A stretch of DNA of 41,459 nt from Eggerthellaceae bacterium (GCA_963604245.1 CAVCPY010000274.1:1-41459); one strand, 5' to 3'. Positions 8,666 to 19,421 are shown, counted from the first letter of the stretch. Numbers and translations are program-made. The notes: generated by a model not told the origin, from the letters alone.

Positions 8666-11080
8666 ATGAATATGAAAAAGACACTAAGATATTCAGCGCT
8701 TGTCGCTCTTTGCGCCGCGCTTGCCGGTCTGGCGGGCTGCGGACAGAAGGAACTCGACACTGATCCGTATGGAGACGGAGTCACCTTCGCTGCATTCGCA
8801 CCGGATCCGGTGATGCGGGGTGGTGAGCTGCGCATCCTTGGAAGCAACCTTCAGGACGTGTCCGAAATCCGTCTTGCGGGAGGAGTCTCTGTCACCGACT
8901 TCACAGTTGTGGAATCGGGCAGAAAATCCGAAATCCGTTTCACGGTGCCTCTCGAAGGCCCGGAGCCGGGAAAGATCACCATCGTGGACAAGAGCGGAAA
9001 GGAATATTCCAGCCTTTCGTCCATCAGTTTCACAGAGCCGATGGAGATCGCTTCCTTCGCTCCCGCCGAGGCTCTTTCCGGAGATGTCATCACCATCACG
9101 GGAGAGTACCTCAACATCGTCCGGGAGGTCATCTTCGGCGGAGATGTCAGGGCGACCGAGTTCGTCAGCCAGTCCCGTCACGAGCTGAAGGTCAAGCTTC
9201 CTTCAGACGCCTTGAGCGGATTGGTACGCGTGGGTGACGTGAACGAACTTGTGGACGAGCAGACCATCCCTAACATCATCTATTCCGAAACGGAACTGAC
9301 TGTCGGCGACCCTACTGTGGTCACGGCAGAGAAGGCCACCTACAAGTCTGGTGATGTCGTCACCGTCACGGGAGCGCATCTGGATATGATTCAGACCATT
9401 GACCTCGCCGGCGCCGCCGGAGTGGAGTTCACCTGCGGTGACGACGCCACGGCGATCACGTTCAATCTTCCCGCTTCTGCCACAGACGGCGAGATCACAT
9501 TGACCTCGTTCGCAGGAAAGACTTTCAACGCCGGAGAAATCGAGACCGTCACCGTGGCTGACCTCGGGATATCATCCCTGGCCAAGGATGGACGCTACAA
9601 GGCCGGCGGCTCCGTCGAAATCACGGGTTCCGACCTTGACCTTGTCTCCAAGGTGGACTTTGCCAACGCCGAGGCCTCATTCGTCTTCAAGGACGGAAAG
9701 ATCTACGCCGACATTCCTGCCGCTGCCAAGGACGGAGCTGTCACCGTCACCCTCGCTTCCGGCAAACAGGCCTCGACCCCTGAAATTGAGGTCGTGAAGC
9801 CGGTGGTGACAGGTCTGGACAAGACCGCCGCCGTGGCCGGAAAGGACAAGATAGAGATCGCCGGAACCGACCTTGACCTTGTCATCGATGTCAAGAACGG
9901 AGACGAGTCCCAAGGATTCATCACTTGTGAATATGTCATCGACAGTCCTGAGAAGCTTACAGTCACCGTGGCCCGCGAGGCCTACAACGGTCCGTTCACC
10001 GTGACCTCCGCGGCCGGCTACGAGTCTGTCTCCGCCAATGTCGAGATCACTTATGACGAGGCGGTGTCCATCACGTTCACAAAGCCTTCGTTCAGCGTAG
10101 GACGTTCTGTCTCGATCACCGGAACAAACCTCCAGAACATCGAGTCGCTCACCATCAAGGGCAAGAAGGTGACCTCGTTCGTAAGCAGGTCGGACGACGC
10201 AATGTCGTTCGGCATCCCTGAGGGAGTGGGACCTGGGGTCTATCGCCTTGGAATCACACTGGTGAGCGGCGAGACATTCAACTGGCCGGTTCCGTTCGAG
10301 ATCACTGCTCCTTACACCGAGACCTACATCTGGGAAGGCTCCGAGGATCTTGCGGGATGGGGCAACTCCCCTTATCTGGGTGCGCCTAACGCTTTCCAGG
10401 AGATCGGAATCGCCGAAGGAGACGTCATCAGGGTTTACTTCACCGCCTACAACGACTGGTGGCAGTTCAAGACCTACGCCGGTCACTGGGGAGATGCGTT
10501 CAAGTTCGCCGAACTGGGCGGAGGCGACACGATCAACCCTGACAATTGCGACACGTCCGGCGGTTACTTCGCCTTCAACGTGACGGCAGAGATTCTGGCC
10601 GCTCTTTGCAATCAGGACACCGGCTGGGGCGGAGCGTTCCAGTGCCAGGGTGAAGGAGTTGTCATCAAGGGTGTCAGCCTTATCCACTACGGAGCGACCG
10701 AGAAGGTCATCTGGGAGGGTGAGGAGTACACCGGAGACGACTACGAGAACAACCTCTCGCTCGGAACGGAGGATGACTGGGTGAACGCCGGTCTGGAAGA
10801 GGACTGCGAGATCAGGATCTACTTCTCCGCCAAATCAGAGACCGACTGGCAGATTCAGCTGTTCGACGGCCATTGGAACGGTCTTTCCGAGTTGAATATG
10901 CCTGGGGACGCCGCCAACCAGTTCAATGCCGGGAACTCTCCGGAGGCCTTCGGCAAGGGCTACATCAGCTTCAAGGCGACAGCTCCGATTTTTGCCAAGC
11001 TGACTACCAAGGCTTGGTGGGGCAGCGCCATCATCGTACAGGGCAAGGGTGTCACCGTGAAGAAGATAGCCTTCCTTTAG
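8666..11080 (+). CDS. Multi-IPT/TIG lipoprotein with two tandem C-terminal putative carbohydrate-binding domains
   Basis: Lipobox LAGC. Six G-x-x-L IPT-type repeats (ILGSNL, ITGEYL, VTGAHL, ITGSDL, IAGTDL, ITGTNL). Two repeats begin TETYIWEG and TEKVIWEG. Confidence 0.8.
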   Translation: MNMKKTLRYSALVALCAALAGLAGCGQKELDTDPYGDGVTFAAFAPDPVMRGGELRILGSNLQDVSEIRLAGGVSVTDFTVVESGRKSEIRFTVPLEGPEPGKITIVDKSGKEYSSLSSISFTEPMEIASFAPAEALSGDVITITGEYLNIVREVIFGGDVRATEFVSQSRHELKVKLPSDALSGLVRVGDVNELVDEQTIPNIIYSETELTVGDPTVVTAEKATYKSGDVVTVTGAHLDMIQTIDLAGAAGVEFTCGDDATAITFNLPASATDGEITLTSFAGKTFNAGEIETVTVADLGISSLAKDGRYKAGGSVEITGSDLDLVSKVDFANAEASFVFKDGKIYADIPAAAKDGAVTVTLASGKQASTPEIEVVKPVVTGLDKTAAVAGKDKIEIAGTDLDLVIDVKNGDESQGFITCEYVIDSPEKLTVTVAREAYNGPFTVTSAAGYESVSANVEITYDEAVSITFTKPSFSVGRSVSITGTNLQNIESLTIKGKKVTSFVSRSDDAMSFGIPEGVGPGVYRLGITLVSGETFNWPVPFEITAPYTETYIWEGSEDLAGWGNSPYLGAPNAFQEIGIAEGDVIRVYFTAYNDWWQFKTYAGHWGDAFKFAELGGGDTINPDNCDTSGGYFAFNVTAEILAALCNQDTGWGGAFQCQGEGVVIKGVSLIHYGATEKVIWEGEEYTGDDYENNLSLGTEDDWVNAGLEEDCEIRIYFSAKSETDWQIQLFDGHWNGLSELNMPGDAANQFNAGNSPEAFGKGYISFKATAPIFAKLTTKAWWGSAIIVQGKGVTVKKIAFL

Positions 11081-11143
11081 AATCGAATGGAACGGTTGCC
11101 GGCCTGTCGGTTGACACTGTCCGGCACCCGTGCCGTTGAATAA

Positions 11144-11306
11144 GAAGTTGTTTAAAAATTGTTTCCTCATTTAATTATGCGGAATTTTCGAGACAGTTCC
11201 GGCTTTGGAAGAGGGAGCGTAGCAGCAGCTACGTGGCCGATGAGAAAGATGAAAATGGCCGGAAAGGCCGCATAAGAAAAAAGAGGAATTATTTTTAAAC
11301 AGCTTC
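11144..11306. mobile_element. MITE-like non-autonomous element (163 bp)
   Basis: Imperfect 39-bp terminal inverted repeats at 11144-11182 and 11268-11306 (outer 16 nt match 15/16, inner 8 nt identical). TAA on both sides (11141-11143, 11307-11309). No coding capacity. Confidence 0.7.
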
Positions 11307-11319
11307 TAAACAGCATCTA

Positions 11320-11351
11320 ATTCCGTGGGAGGGTGAAACCTCCCCCGGAAT
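11320..11351 (+). terminator. GC-rich stem-loop (partial terminator or mRNA stabiliser) between the SGBP genes and BACON-GH5
   Basis: attccg-t-gggagg-gtgaaa-cctccc-c-cggaat. No clear U-tract follows. Confidence 0.4.
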
Positions 11352-11431
11352 CCAATGAAAACGAAGGCGTATTGTCCGGGAATGCCGCGGATTCCGCCTG
11401 AAAAAACGAACTTGAAAAATTTTTAAGGATT

Positions 11432-13021
11432 ATGAAATTGAGTTTTTCGGCGATATTCCTCGCTGCCGCGCTGTTCTGCTCCTGCGGAGAGAAAGAGAAC
11501 GGAACACCGGTTCCTGAGCCGGAGGTCCCCGCGACGATGACCGTGTCTCCGACAAGTTATGAGGCTGCTGTCGAGGGAGGAGAGTTCACCATCAGCGTCA
11601 AGGCTCCGTCAAGACCCACGGCCGTGTCCGGTCAGAGCTGGGTCACGGTGACGGACGGGACATATTCAAACTACAAGATTGACTATCCTGTCAAGATCGC
11701 TTCCAACGAGACCTATGAGGTTCGTACGGCGGTTGTCACCATCAAGAGCGGATCTTTCTCGCAGGACGTGACCGTCTCGCAGCCGGGAAAGGAGAAACCG
11801 GTTGATCCTGATGAGGTCCGGATTCCTCAGGAAGGTGACAATCAAGCCTGGAAGATGGCGAAAAAGCTTGGCTTGGGACTGAACATAGGCAACCAGATGG
11901 ACGCTTTTGACAGCAAGTCAGAGATGGCGACTGAAGGCTACTGGACAAACGGACAGAAGTTGACAAAGGCTGTGTTCACGGGTCTGAAAGCCAAAGGATT
12001 CAAGTCAGTGAGGATTCCTGTCACCTGGCTGGGTCACATAGGCGAAGCCCCGGACTACAAGCTGGACGACCGCCTGGACAGGGTGGCCGAGCTTGTGGAC
12101 TGGGCAGAGGAGGCCGGTCTCAATGCGATCGTCAACATCCATCACGACGGCTCCATCGACCACAATGGCGGTTCGTCCTACACGACCCATTGGCTGGACA
12201 TCAGGGGAGCCGAGGCAAGCTCTGCCGTCAACACGCAGATAAAGGCCGAGATAAAGGCTGTCTGGACCCAGATTGCAGAGAGGTTCAAGGACAAGGGCGA
12301 CTTCCTTATCTTCGAGTCCTTCAACGAGATTCAGGACGGCCATTGGGGCTGGAGCGACGACTATCAGAGCGCGGCAGGAAAGAAGAAGCAGAACGACATA
12401 CTCAATGAGTGGAACCAGGTCTTTGTGGATGCCGTGAGGGCTACCGGAGGGAACAACTCCACAAGGTGGCTTGGAGTCCCGGGCTATGCGGCCAGCCCTG
12501 ATTTCACACTGACGGACGGTTTCGAGTTGCCTGACGATCCTTCGGACAAGATAATGGTCAGTTTCCATAACTACACGCCTTATGAATTCTGCCAGACAGG
12601 TAAGGCTATCGACTGGGGACACACCAGACGCACCAACCTGTCCGATTCAAACTACTCGGAGGACTACCACGTTGGGATCTGTTACAAATTCTACAAGGCC
12701 TACGTCGAGAAAGGCATCCCTGTCTATATGGGAGAGTTCGGCTGCACGAACAGGACTGACGCCACGGCGCGCAAGTTCCAGCTCTACTGGCTTGAATATG
12801 TCAGCAAATGCGCCCGTTCGTTCGGAATGAGCGGATTCATCTGGGAGAACGGAGCGGTGGGCGAGAATGGAGAGACTTACGGCATCATCGACCACGAGAC
12901 AGGGGAATATCTTGACGCGGAGTACTCCAAGCTGATTGTGGAGGCTTGCTCGAACGGTTTCTATAACGAGGGAGTCGCCTACACTCTTGAGTCAGTCTAT
13001 AACAAAGCTCCGAAATATTGA
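11432..13021 (+). CDS. GH5 endoglucanase/glucomannanase (GH5_4-like) lipoprotein with N-terminal BACON domain
   Basis: Lipobox FCSC. BACON-like SWVTV...NETYEVRTAVVTI...VTVSQ. GH5 motifs GLNIGNQMDA, SVRIPVTW, IVNIHHD, FESFNEI, SFHNYTP, YMGEFG. Confidence 0.88.
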   Translation: MKLSFSAIFLAAALFCSCGEKENGTPVPEPEVPATMTVSPTSYEAAVEGGEFTISVKAPSRPTAVSGQSWVTVTDGTYSNYKIDYPVKIASNETYEVRTAVVTIKSGSFSQDVTVSQPGKEKPVDPDEVRIPQEGDNQAWKMAKKLGLGLNIGNQMDAFDSKSEMATEGYWTNGQKLTKAVFTGLKAKGFKSVRIPVTWLGHIGEAPDYKLDDRLDRVAELVDWAEEAGLNAIVNIHHDGSIDHNGGSSYTTHWLDIRGAEASSAVNTQIKAEIKAVWTQIAERFKDKGDFLIFESFNEIQDGHWGWSDDYQSAAGKKKQNDILNEWNQVFVDAVRATGGNNSTRWLGVPGYAASPDFTLTDGFELPDDPSDKIMVSFHNYTPYEFCQTGKAIDWGHTRRTNLSDSNYSEDYHVGICYKFYKAYVEKGIPVYMGEFGCTNRTDATARKFQLYWLEYVSKCARSFGMSGFIWENGAVGENGETYGIIDHETGEYLDAEYSKLIVEACSNGFYNEGVAYTLESVYNKAPKY

Positions 13022-13023
13022 TT

Positions 13024-14160
13024 ATGAAAGGATTATTGGCAATGATTTCAGTGGCGGTTATTGCCGCCGGGTGCGCCCCCAAGGCCGGTTGGCCTCATCT
13101 TGACAAGGGTGCGAACGAGTTGATGGCGGCGTTGGAGGCGGCTTCGTCCGAAGGGAAGTTCCTGTACTTCCATCAGGATGATCTTGTCTATGGCCACGGC
13201 TGGAAGGTTGAGGATGCGGACAATGATTCCCTTGACCGTTCGGATGTCAAATCGGTCTGCGGACAGTTTCCCGCCGGGGTAGGCTTCGACCTTGGCGGAA
13301 TAGAACTCGGAAACTCCGCCAATCTGGACAACGTTCCGTTCGACCTGATGCGAAGGGCTGCGGTGACCCACTATGAAAGAGGTGGGCTGGTGACTTTCTC
13401 GTGGCATCCCCGGAATCCTCTGACCGGAGGAGACTCCTGGGACATCAGCAGCGACAAGGTCGTGTCGTCCGTCCTTGAAGGCGGAGCGAACCACGAAACA
13501 TTTATGGGCTGGCTGTCAAAGGCTGCGGATTTCCTCGGCTCGCTGAAGGACTCCAAAGGTGATTGCATTCCGGTCATATTCAGACCTTGGCATGAGAATC
13601 TGGGTTCGTGGTTCTGGTGGGGCGGCAATCTTTGCACCGCCGACGAGTACAAGGCGTTATATTCGCTGACCCATAAGTATCTTGCAGAGGATAGGGGACT
13701 TGGGAACATCGTCTGGGCATATTCCCCCAACTCCGACCTGACGGAGGAGAGTTTCCTCAGCCGTTATCCCGGAGACGGGAACGTTGACATCATCGGTGTG
13801 GACCACTATGACTTCGCCCCGGCCGATTCGACAAAGACAGATGCGGAGAGAATCGTTGAGGCCAACACTTTCTTTGCCAAGGTGTTGCGTTCCGATCTCG
13901 GGCTTTTGTCCTCTGTCGCCGCAAAGCGTGGGAAACTGCTGGCATTCTGCGAGACGGGTTTCGAGTCCACTCCGGATCCGCAATGGTGGACAGACGTGCT
14001 GCTGGAGAATCTCAAGGACACCCCTGTCTGCTATGTGCTGACCTGGAGGAACGCCTGGGACAGGCCGGAGCATTATTTCGCTCCGTTCGATGGATCCCCG
14101 GATGCGGAGAACTTCAAGAAGTTCTGCCGGAGCGACAGGACCATATTCCTGAAACACTAA
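13024..14160 (+). CDS. GH26 beta-mannanase (Bacteroides ManA/Man26A-like) lipoprotein
   Basis: HQDDLVYG, GFDLGGIE, FSWHPRNP, FRPWHEN, WFWWG, IIGVDHY, FCETG, LTWRNA. Lipobox AAGC. ATG 13024 preferred over TTG 13018. Confidence 0.93.
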   Translation: MKGLLAMISVAVIAAGCAPKAGWPHLDKGANELMAALEAASSEGKFLYFHQDDLVYGHGWKVEDADNDSLDRSDVKSVCGQFPAGVGFDLGGIELGNSANLDNVPFDLMRRAAVTHYERGGLVTFSWHPRNPLTGGDSWDISSDKVVSSVLEGGANHETFMGWLSKAADFLGSLKDSKGDCIPVIFRPWHENLGSWFWWGGNLCTADEYKALYSLTHKYLAEDRGLGNIVWAYSPNSDLTEESFLSRYPGDGNVDIIGVDHYDFAPADSTKTDAERIVEANTFFAKVLRSDLGLLSSVAAKRGKLLAFCETGFESTPDPQWWTDVLLENLKDTPVCYVLTWRNAWDRPEHYFAPFDGSPDAENFKKFCRSDRTIFLKH

Positions 14161-14289
14161 GGAACAGTTGGCGGAAGTGCATCCGATGAATTCTTGGATA
14201 TCTTCAGGACCGTTGATTTAAGAAACACAAAAAAGATGATGCAGGTTGTCTTTTGAAGGTTTCATAGTTTGACTAAGAAATAACAATAG

Positions 14290-15450
14290 ATGAATTTTGA
14301 AGAAAGACTGAAGTGGCTGGAGGCCGGGCATGAAAAGATGCTCTCGCTGAAGAATGAGCCGGTCTATGTGAATGGAGTTTATGAAAGGTACAGGAATCCG
14401 GTGCTGACCGGGGAACACGCACCTCTTTTCTGGAGGTATGACCTCAATCCGGCGACCAATCCTTATCTTGAGGAAAGATTCGGGATTCACGCCGCATTCA
14501 ATTCCGGAGCCATAAAGTGGAACGGGAAATATGTCCTGGCCGCACGTGTCGAGGGCGCTGACAGGAAGTCGTTTTTCGCGATTGCCGAAAGCCCTGACGG
14601 GGTAGACAACTTCCGCTTCTGGGACAGACCGGTCACGATGCCCGAATATGGCGAGCCGGCGACCAATGTCTATGATATGAGGCTTACCGCCCACGAGGAC
14701 GGCTGGATTTACGGACTGTTCTGCGTGGAGAGAAAGGATCCCGCCGCTCCGGCTGGAGACTTGTCCTCTGCAGTGGCCTGCGCCGGAATCGCAAGGACAA
14801 AGGACTTGGTCCATTGGGACCGGCTTCCTGACCTCAAGTCCGCTTCCCAGCAGCGTAACGTCGTGCTTCATCCGGAATTCGTGGACGGGAAATACGCCCT
14901 CTACACAAGACCTCAGGACGGTTTCATCGACGCGGGCAACGGTGGGGGAATCGGCTGGGCTCTTGTGGATGACATCACCTCCGCCGAGGTGGTTGAGGAG
15001 AAGATCATCAACCTGCGTCACTACCACACGATTAAGGAACTCAAGAACGGAGAGGGACCCGCCCCGATCAAGACCCCGAGAGGCTGGCTGCATCTGGCCC
15101 ACGGAGTAAGAGGCTGCGCCTCGGGACTGAGGTACGTGCTTTACCTGTATATGACCTCACTTGAGGATCCGTCGAAGGTCATCGCCGAGCCGGCCGGTTT
15201 CTTTATGGCTCCGGAGGGGGAGGAATATGTCGGGGACGTGATGAACGTCCTGTTCTCGAACGGCTGGATCGCCGACGAGGATGGCCAAGTCTTCATCTAC
15301 TACGCCTCCTGCGACACCAGGATGCACGTGGCCACATCCACGGTTGACCGCCTGGTGGACTACTGCTTCGGCACTGCCCCTGACGGACTATCGACCGGAG
15401 AGTCCGTGCGCACACTCAACAGATTGATTGATAAGAATCTCAAAGCATAA
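14290..15450 (+). CDS. mgp: GH130 4-O-beta-D-mannosyl-D-glucose phosphorylase
   Basis: [92 protein letters not shown], closely resembling B. fragilis MGP as recalled. No signal peptide. Confidence 0.93.
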   Translation: MNFEERLKWLEAGHEKMLSLKNEPVYVNGVYERYRNPVLTGEHAPLFWRYDLNPATNPYLEERFGIHAAFNSGAIKWNGKYVLAARVEGADRKSFFAIAESPDGVDNFRFWDRPVTMPEYGEPATNVYDMRLTAHEDGWIYGLFCVERKDPAAPAGDLSSAVACAGIARTKDLVHWDRLPDLKSASQQRNVVLHPEFVDGKYALYTRPQDGFIDAGNGGGIGWALVDDITSAEVVEEKIINLRHYHTIKELKNGEGPAPIKTPRGWLHLAHGVRGCASGLRYVLYLYMTSLEDPSKVIAEPAGFFMAPEGEEYVGDVMNVLFSNGWIADEDGQVFIYYASCDTRMHVATSTVDRLVDYCFGTAPDGLSTGESVRTLNRLIDKNLKA

Positions 15451-15453
15451 CAA

Positions 15454-16980
15454 ATGAAAAAGATAAGGACAGGTTTTGCGGAGAAGGTCGGCTACGGCTT
15501 CGGAGATATGTCTTCCTCGATGTTCTGGAAGATATTCTCCTACTATCTCCCGTTCTTTTACAGCAACATCTTCGGCCTCACTCTGGATCAGGTGGCGCTG
15601 CTTCTGGTCGTGACCAGGGTATGGGACGCCGTGAGCGACCCGATGATGGGAGTTCTGGCCGACAGGACGGCGACAAGGTGGGGGAAATACCGCCCTTATC
15701 TTCTTCTGATGGCGGTGCCTTTCGCCCTCAGCGGAATATTCCTGTTCTCCACTCCGGCCGCCACCCCGACCGTCAAGCTTGTCTGGGCCTACCTGACCTA
15801 CATTATGATGATGACGGTCTACACGGGTATCAACGTGCCTTACGGGGCTATGCTCGGCGTGATGACCGATGACTCTGACACTAAGACCGTGCTGAGTTCG
15901 TACAGGATGTTCTTCGCCTACGGTGGCAGTTTTCTGGCCCTGTTCTGCTGGGAGCCGCTCTGCAAGGCGCTCGGAGGCTATGACAGCCCGACCGGTTGGC
16001 AGAACACAATGATTGTCATCGCAGCATTCTGCCTTGTGCTCTTCCTGCTTTGCTTCCGGATGACACGGGAGAAACTTCACACTGTCAGCAAGGTGTCTGT
16101 GGGCAGTGACCTGAAGTCCCTTCTACGCAATGCTCCGTGGTGGATTCTCATTGGAGCCGCACTCTGTTCAAACCTTTTCAATACGGTTCGCGGGAGCACG
16201 GTGGCGTACTTCTTCAACGATGTCATCGGACAGGATGTCCGCTTGAATCTCGGCCCGTTGAGTTTCCTCTTCTATGCGGGTCTGTTCTTGTCGATCGGCG
16301 AGGTCTGCAATATGGCCGGAGTCGCGCTGGCAGTCCCTCTTGCGGAGAAATTGGGGAAGAAAAGCACATATATGCTTTCCTTCGCCGCCCTTATCGTGTT
16401 CAGCGCCTTGTTCTTCTACATTCCGGCCAGTCAGGGAGGCTATTACTGGATGCTTGTCCTTCAAGTGGTCATCAGCGTGTTCACGGGAGTGATCTCGCCG
16501 CTTGTCTGGAGTATGTACGCCGATGTCAGCGACTTCGCCGAGAACCGTGACGGAACCGCCTCGACGGGTCTGATCTTCTCCTCAGCCTCAATGGCGCAGA
16601 AGTTCGGGGGAGCTTTCGGTGGTTTCGCCGTGATGTGGTTGCTGAACGCTTTCGGCTACAACACCGCCCAGGGAGCCGTGCAGACCCCTGAAGCAGTGAA
16701 AGGTCTTTGGCTGTTGATGAGCTGGATTCCGGCCGCCGTGGCCGCGTTGGCCGTGGTGGTAGTGTTCTTCTACCCTCTGACAAGAAAGAGGATGGAGGCC
16801 ATTCAGGCCGAGCTTGCCGTGAAACGTGTTCAGGAGCAGGAAGTTGTTTCCGAAGTGGAAAGCGCCGGGGCGTCTTCGGGTTCCGGTCTTTGGAGCGGTC
16901 TGCCGAAAGTGATGCGGTGGGTTGTCTGCGTTCTGGCCGTGATTCTTGCCGCGGAACTGCTGTTCGTGATATTCAATTAA
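15454..16980 (+). CDS. MFS glycoside-pentoside-hexuronide (GPH) sugar:cation symporter
   Basis: [41 protein letters not shown]. About 12 hydrophobic segments plus an extra C-terminal hydrophobic tail. Confidence 0.93.
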   Translation: MKKIRTGFAEKVGYGFGDMSSSMFWKIFSYYLPFFYSNIFGLTLDQVALLLVVTRVWDAVSDPMMGVLADRTATRWGKYRPYLLLMAVPFALSGIFLFSTPAATPTVKLVWAYLTYIMMMTVYTGINVPYGAMLGVMTDDSDTKTVLSSYRMFFAYGGSFLALFCWEPLCKALGGYDSPTGWQNTMIVIAAFCLVLFLLCFRMTREKLHTVSKVSVGSDLKSLLRNAPWWILIGAALCSNLFNTVRGSTVAYFFNDVIGQDVRLNLGPLSFLFYAGLFLSIGEVCNMAGVALAVPLAEKLGKKSTYMLSFAALIVFSALFFYIPASQGGYYWMLVLQVVISVFTGVISPLVWSMYADVSDFAENRDGTASTGLIFSSASMAQKFGGAFGGFAVMWLLNAFGYNTAQGAVQTPEAVKGLWLLMSWIPAAVAALAVVVVFFYPLTRKRMEAIQAELAVKRVQEQEVVSEVESAGASSGSGLWSGLPKVMRWVVCVLAVILAAELLFVIFN

Positions 16981-17015
16981 TCAAATATGGAAGCCGCTGT
17001 CAGCGGGTCGCTATG

Positions 17016-19421
17016 ATGGAATACGGTCATTTTGACGATGCCGCCAGGGAGTTTGTGATCACCGATCCCGAGACTCCGTGGCCTTGGATAAACTATCTCG
17101 GAACCGAGAACTTCTTTTCGCTGATTTCAGGAACGGCTGGTGGATATTCATTCTACCGTGATGCCAGATTCCGCAGGCTCACCCGTTACCGCTACAACGG
17201 GGTGCCGACGGATGCCGGAGGAAGGTACTTCTACATAAACGACGGAGGATGCGTCTGGAGTCCCGGCTGGAAGCCGTGCAGGAATCCGCTGGATTTCTAC
17301 GAGTGCCGTCACGGAATGGGCTACACGCGCATCGTGGGGGAGAAGAACGGCCTCCGGGTGAGCGAACTGTTCTTTGTCCCGCCAGGCTACGACTGCGAGA
17401 TCCAGAAAGTCACGCTGGAGAATTGCGGAGGAGTACAAAAGACATTCAAGTTCTGGTCCTTTGCGGAGTGGTGTCTTTGGAACGCCGGAACCGATATGGA
17501 GAATTTCCAGAGAAATCTCTCCACGGGCGAGGTTGAGGTCGAGGGAAGCGTCATCTATCACAAGACCGAGTACCGGGAGCGCCGCAACCACTACGCATTC
17601 TATGGAGTCAACACCCGCATCGACGGCTTCGACACGGACAGGGATGCGTTCATCGGGATGTACAACGGATTCGACAGTCCACGGAATGTCGTGGCCGGGG
17701 TTTCCACGCAGTCGATAGCGCACGGCTGGAGTCCCGTGGCCTCTCACTATCTTGAGCTCTCGCTTGAGCCTGGCGAGTCCAGAGACCTGGTCTTCGTACT
17801 TGGCTATGCGGAAAACCCTTCCCGGGAGAAGTTCGTCAGGCCTACGGGCTATGAGCGGAACTCCGGGTCAGGGGTGATCAATAAGAATGTCGCCAGAAAA
17901 GTTATGGCTGCGTTCGACACCGTGGAGAAAGCTGACGAGGCTTTCGCGGCGTTGAGGCGTTACTGGGATGGGATTCTGGGCAATTTCTCTCTCATTTCCG
18001 GTGTGCCTGAACTTGACAGGATGGTGAACGTCTGGAACCAGTACCAGTGTATGGTCACTTTTCTGATGAGCCGCAGTGCCAGTTTCTTCGAAAGCGGAAT
18101 CGGGCGTGGGATGGGTTTCAGGGATTCCAACCAGGATCTTCTCGGAATTGTGCACCAGATTCCCGGGCGCGCCCGCCAGAGAATCCTCGACATAGCGGCG
18201 ACTCAGTTTCCCGACGGCAGCTGCTACCATCAGTACCAGCCGCTGACCAAACGGGGCAATGACGGAATCGGCGCCGGTTTCAATGACGATCCTCTCTGGC
18301 TTTTGGTAGGAGTTGACGCCTATCTGAGGGAGACCGGAGACTTCGCGATTCTTGATGAACCGATCCCGTTCGACAACGTACCGGGTAGCGATAGCCCCCT
18401 GCTCGAACATCTTGCGGTCAGCTTTGAATATGTCAGGGGACACCTCGGCCCTCACGGTCTGCCCCTCATCGGACGGGCGGACTGGAACGACTGCCTGAAC
18501 CTCAACTGTTTCTCGGCCGACCCCGACGAGTCTTTCCAGACCACGGAGAACAGGACCGAGGGCAGCAAGGCCGAGTCTATGATGATTGCGGGTCTGTTCG
18601 TCTTCGCCGGGCATCGTTATGCGGAGATTCTTGACCGCATCGGCAGGGACTCCAAGTCGGTGCGGGAGGCCGTCGGGCAAATGTCGGAAGCCATCAAGGA
18701 ATATGGCTGGGACGGGGAATGGTTTCTGCGCGCCTATGATTTCTTCGGGCGCAAGGTAGGTTCGAAGGACTGTGAGGAAGGCAGGATATTCATTGAAAGT
18801 CAAGGCTGGTGTTCGATGGCGCGCGCCGGAGCGGAGGAGGGTCTTTGCGACAAAGCCTTGGATTCCGTGAAAAGATACCTTGACACCCCCGACGGAATCG
18901 TGCTGTGCAATCCTCCTTTCAGCCGTTACTACCCGGAGTACGGGGAGATTTCCTCCTATCCGGAGGGCTACAAGGAGAATGCGGGAATATTCTGCCACAA
19001 CAATCCCTGGATTGTCATCGGTGAGGCGATGGCGGGTAGGGCGGACGATGCCTGGGAGCATTACAGCAAGATTTCTCCGGCCTTCATAAAGAATCAGGAA
19101 CTGCACAAGGTCGAGCCTTATGTCTATTGCCAGATGCTTGCCGGCAAGGATTCCGCCCGTCCCGGCGAGGGCAAGAACAGCTGGCTGACAGGCACTGCGG
19201 CCTGGAACTGGAACGCTGTCTCTGAATATCTTCTTGGAGTGAAGCCCCGGTTCGACGGTCTTCTCATAGAACCTTGTCTGCCTTCCTTCATCAAGGAGTA
19301 CCGGATCCGCAGAGTTTTCCGAGACTCCGTCTATGACATCACGGTCTGCAACTCGGGCGAAAGGAAGTCCCGCTTCATACCATATTCTCCGGGACATCAT
19401 GAACTGACTTTGGATTTGTAA
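17016..19421 (+). CDS. GH94 cellobiose phosphorylase-like enzyme
   Basis: N-terminus [49 protein letters not shown], catalytic region [39 protein letters not shown]. The true start is 17016 (or 17013), not 16707. Confidence 0.92.
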   Translation: MEYGHFDDAAREFVITDPETPWPWINYLGTENFFSLISGTAGGYSFYRDARFRRLTRYRYNGVPTDAGGRYFYINDGGCVWSPGWKPCRNPLDFYECRHGMGYTRIVGEKNGLRVSELFFVPPGYDCEIQKVTLENCGGVQKTFKFWSFAEWCLWNAGTDMENFQRNLSTGEVEVEGSVIYHKTEYRERRNHYAFYGVNTRIDGFDTDRDAFIGMYNGFDSPRNVVAGVSTQSIAHGWSPVASHYLELSLEPGESRDLVFVLGYAENPSREKFVRPTGYERNSGSGVINKNVARKVMAAFDTVEKADEAFAALRRYWDGILGNFSLISGVPELDRMVNVWNQYQCMVTFLMSRSASFFESGIGRGMGFRDSNQDLLGIVHQIPGRARQRILDIAATQFPDGSCYHQYQPLTKRGNDGIGAGFNDDPLWLLVGVDAYLRETGDFAILDEPIPFDNVPGSDSPLLEHLAVSFEYVRGHLGPHGLPLIGRADWNDCLNLNCFSADPDESFQTTENRTEGSKAESMMIAGLFVFAGHRYAEILDRIGRDSKSVREAVGQMSEAIKEYGWDGEWFLRAYDFFGRKVGSKDCEEGRIFIESQGWCSMARAGAEEGLCDKALDSVKRYLDTPDGIVLCNPPFSRYYPEYGEISSYPEGYKENAGIFCHNNPWIVIGEAMAGRADDAWEHYSKISPAFIKNQELHKVEPYVYCQMLAGKDSARPGEGKNSWLTGTAAWNWNAVSEYLLGVKPRFDGLLIEPCLPSFIKEYRIRRVFRDSVYDITVCNSGERKSRFIPYSPGHHELTLDL

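Noticed and set aside
11085..11137. Intrinsic terminator after the IPT lipoprotein gene
   Set aside because: Only a loose, interrupted stem (tgccgg/ccggca) with no U-tract.
14161..14256. 31 open codons in frame after the GH26 TAA (possible read-through or gene remnant)
   Set aside because: GH26 is already complete at its usual C-terminus, TAA is rarely read through, the peptide has no motif, and the length is compatible with chance.
16707..17012. N-terminal 100-aa extension of GH94 given by the ORF track
   Set aside because: It overlaps the symporter CDS in another frame. The family N-terminus begins at MEYGHFDD (17016).
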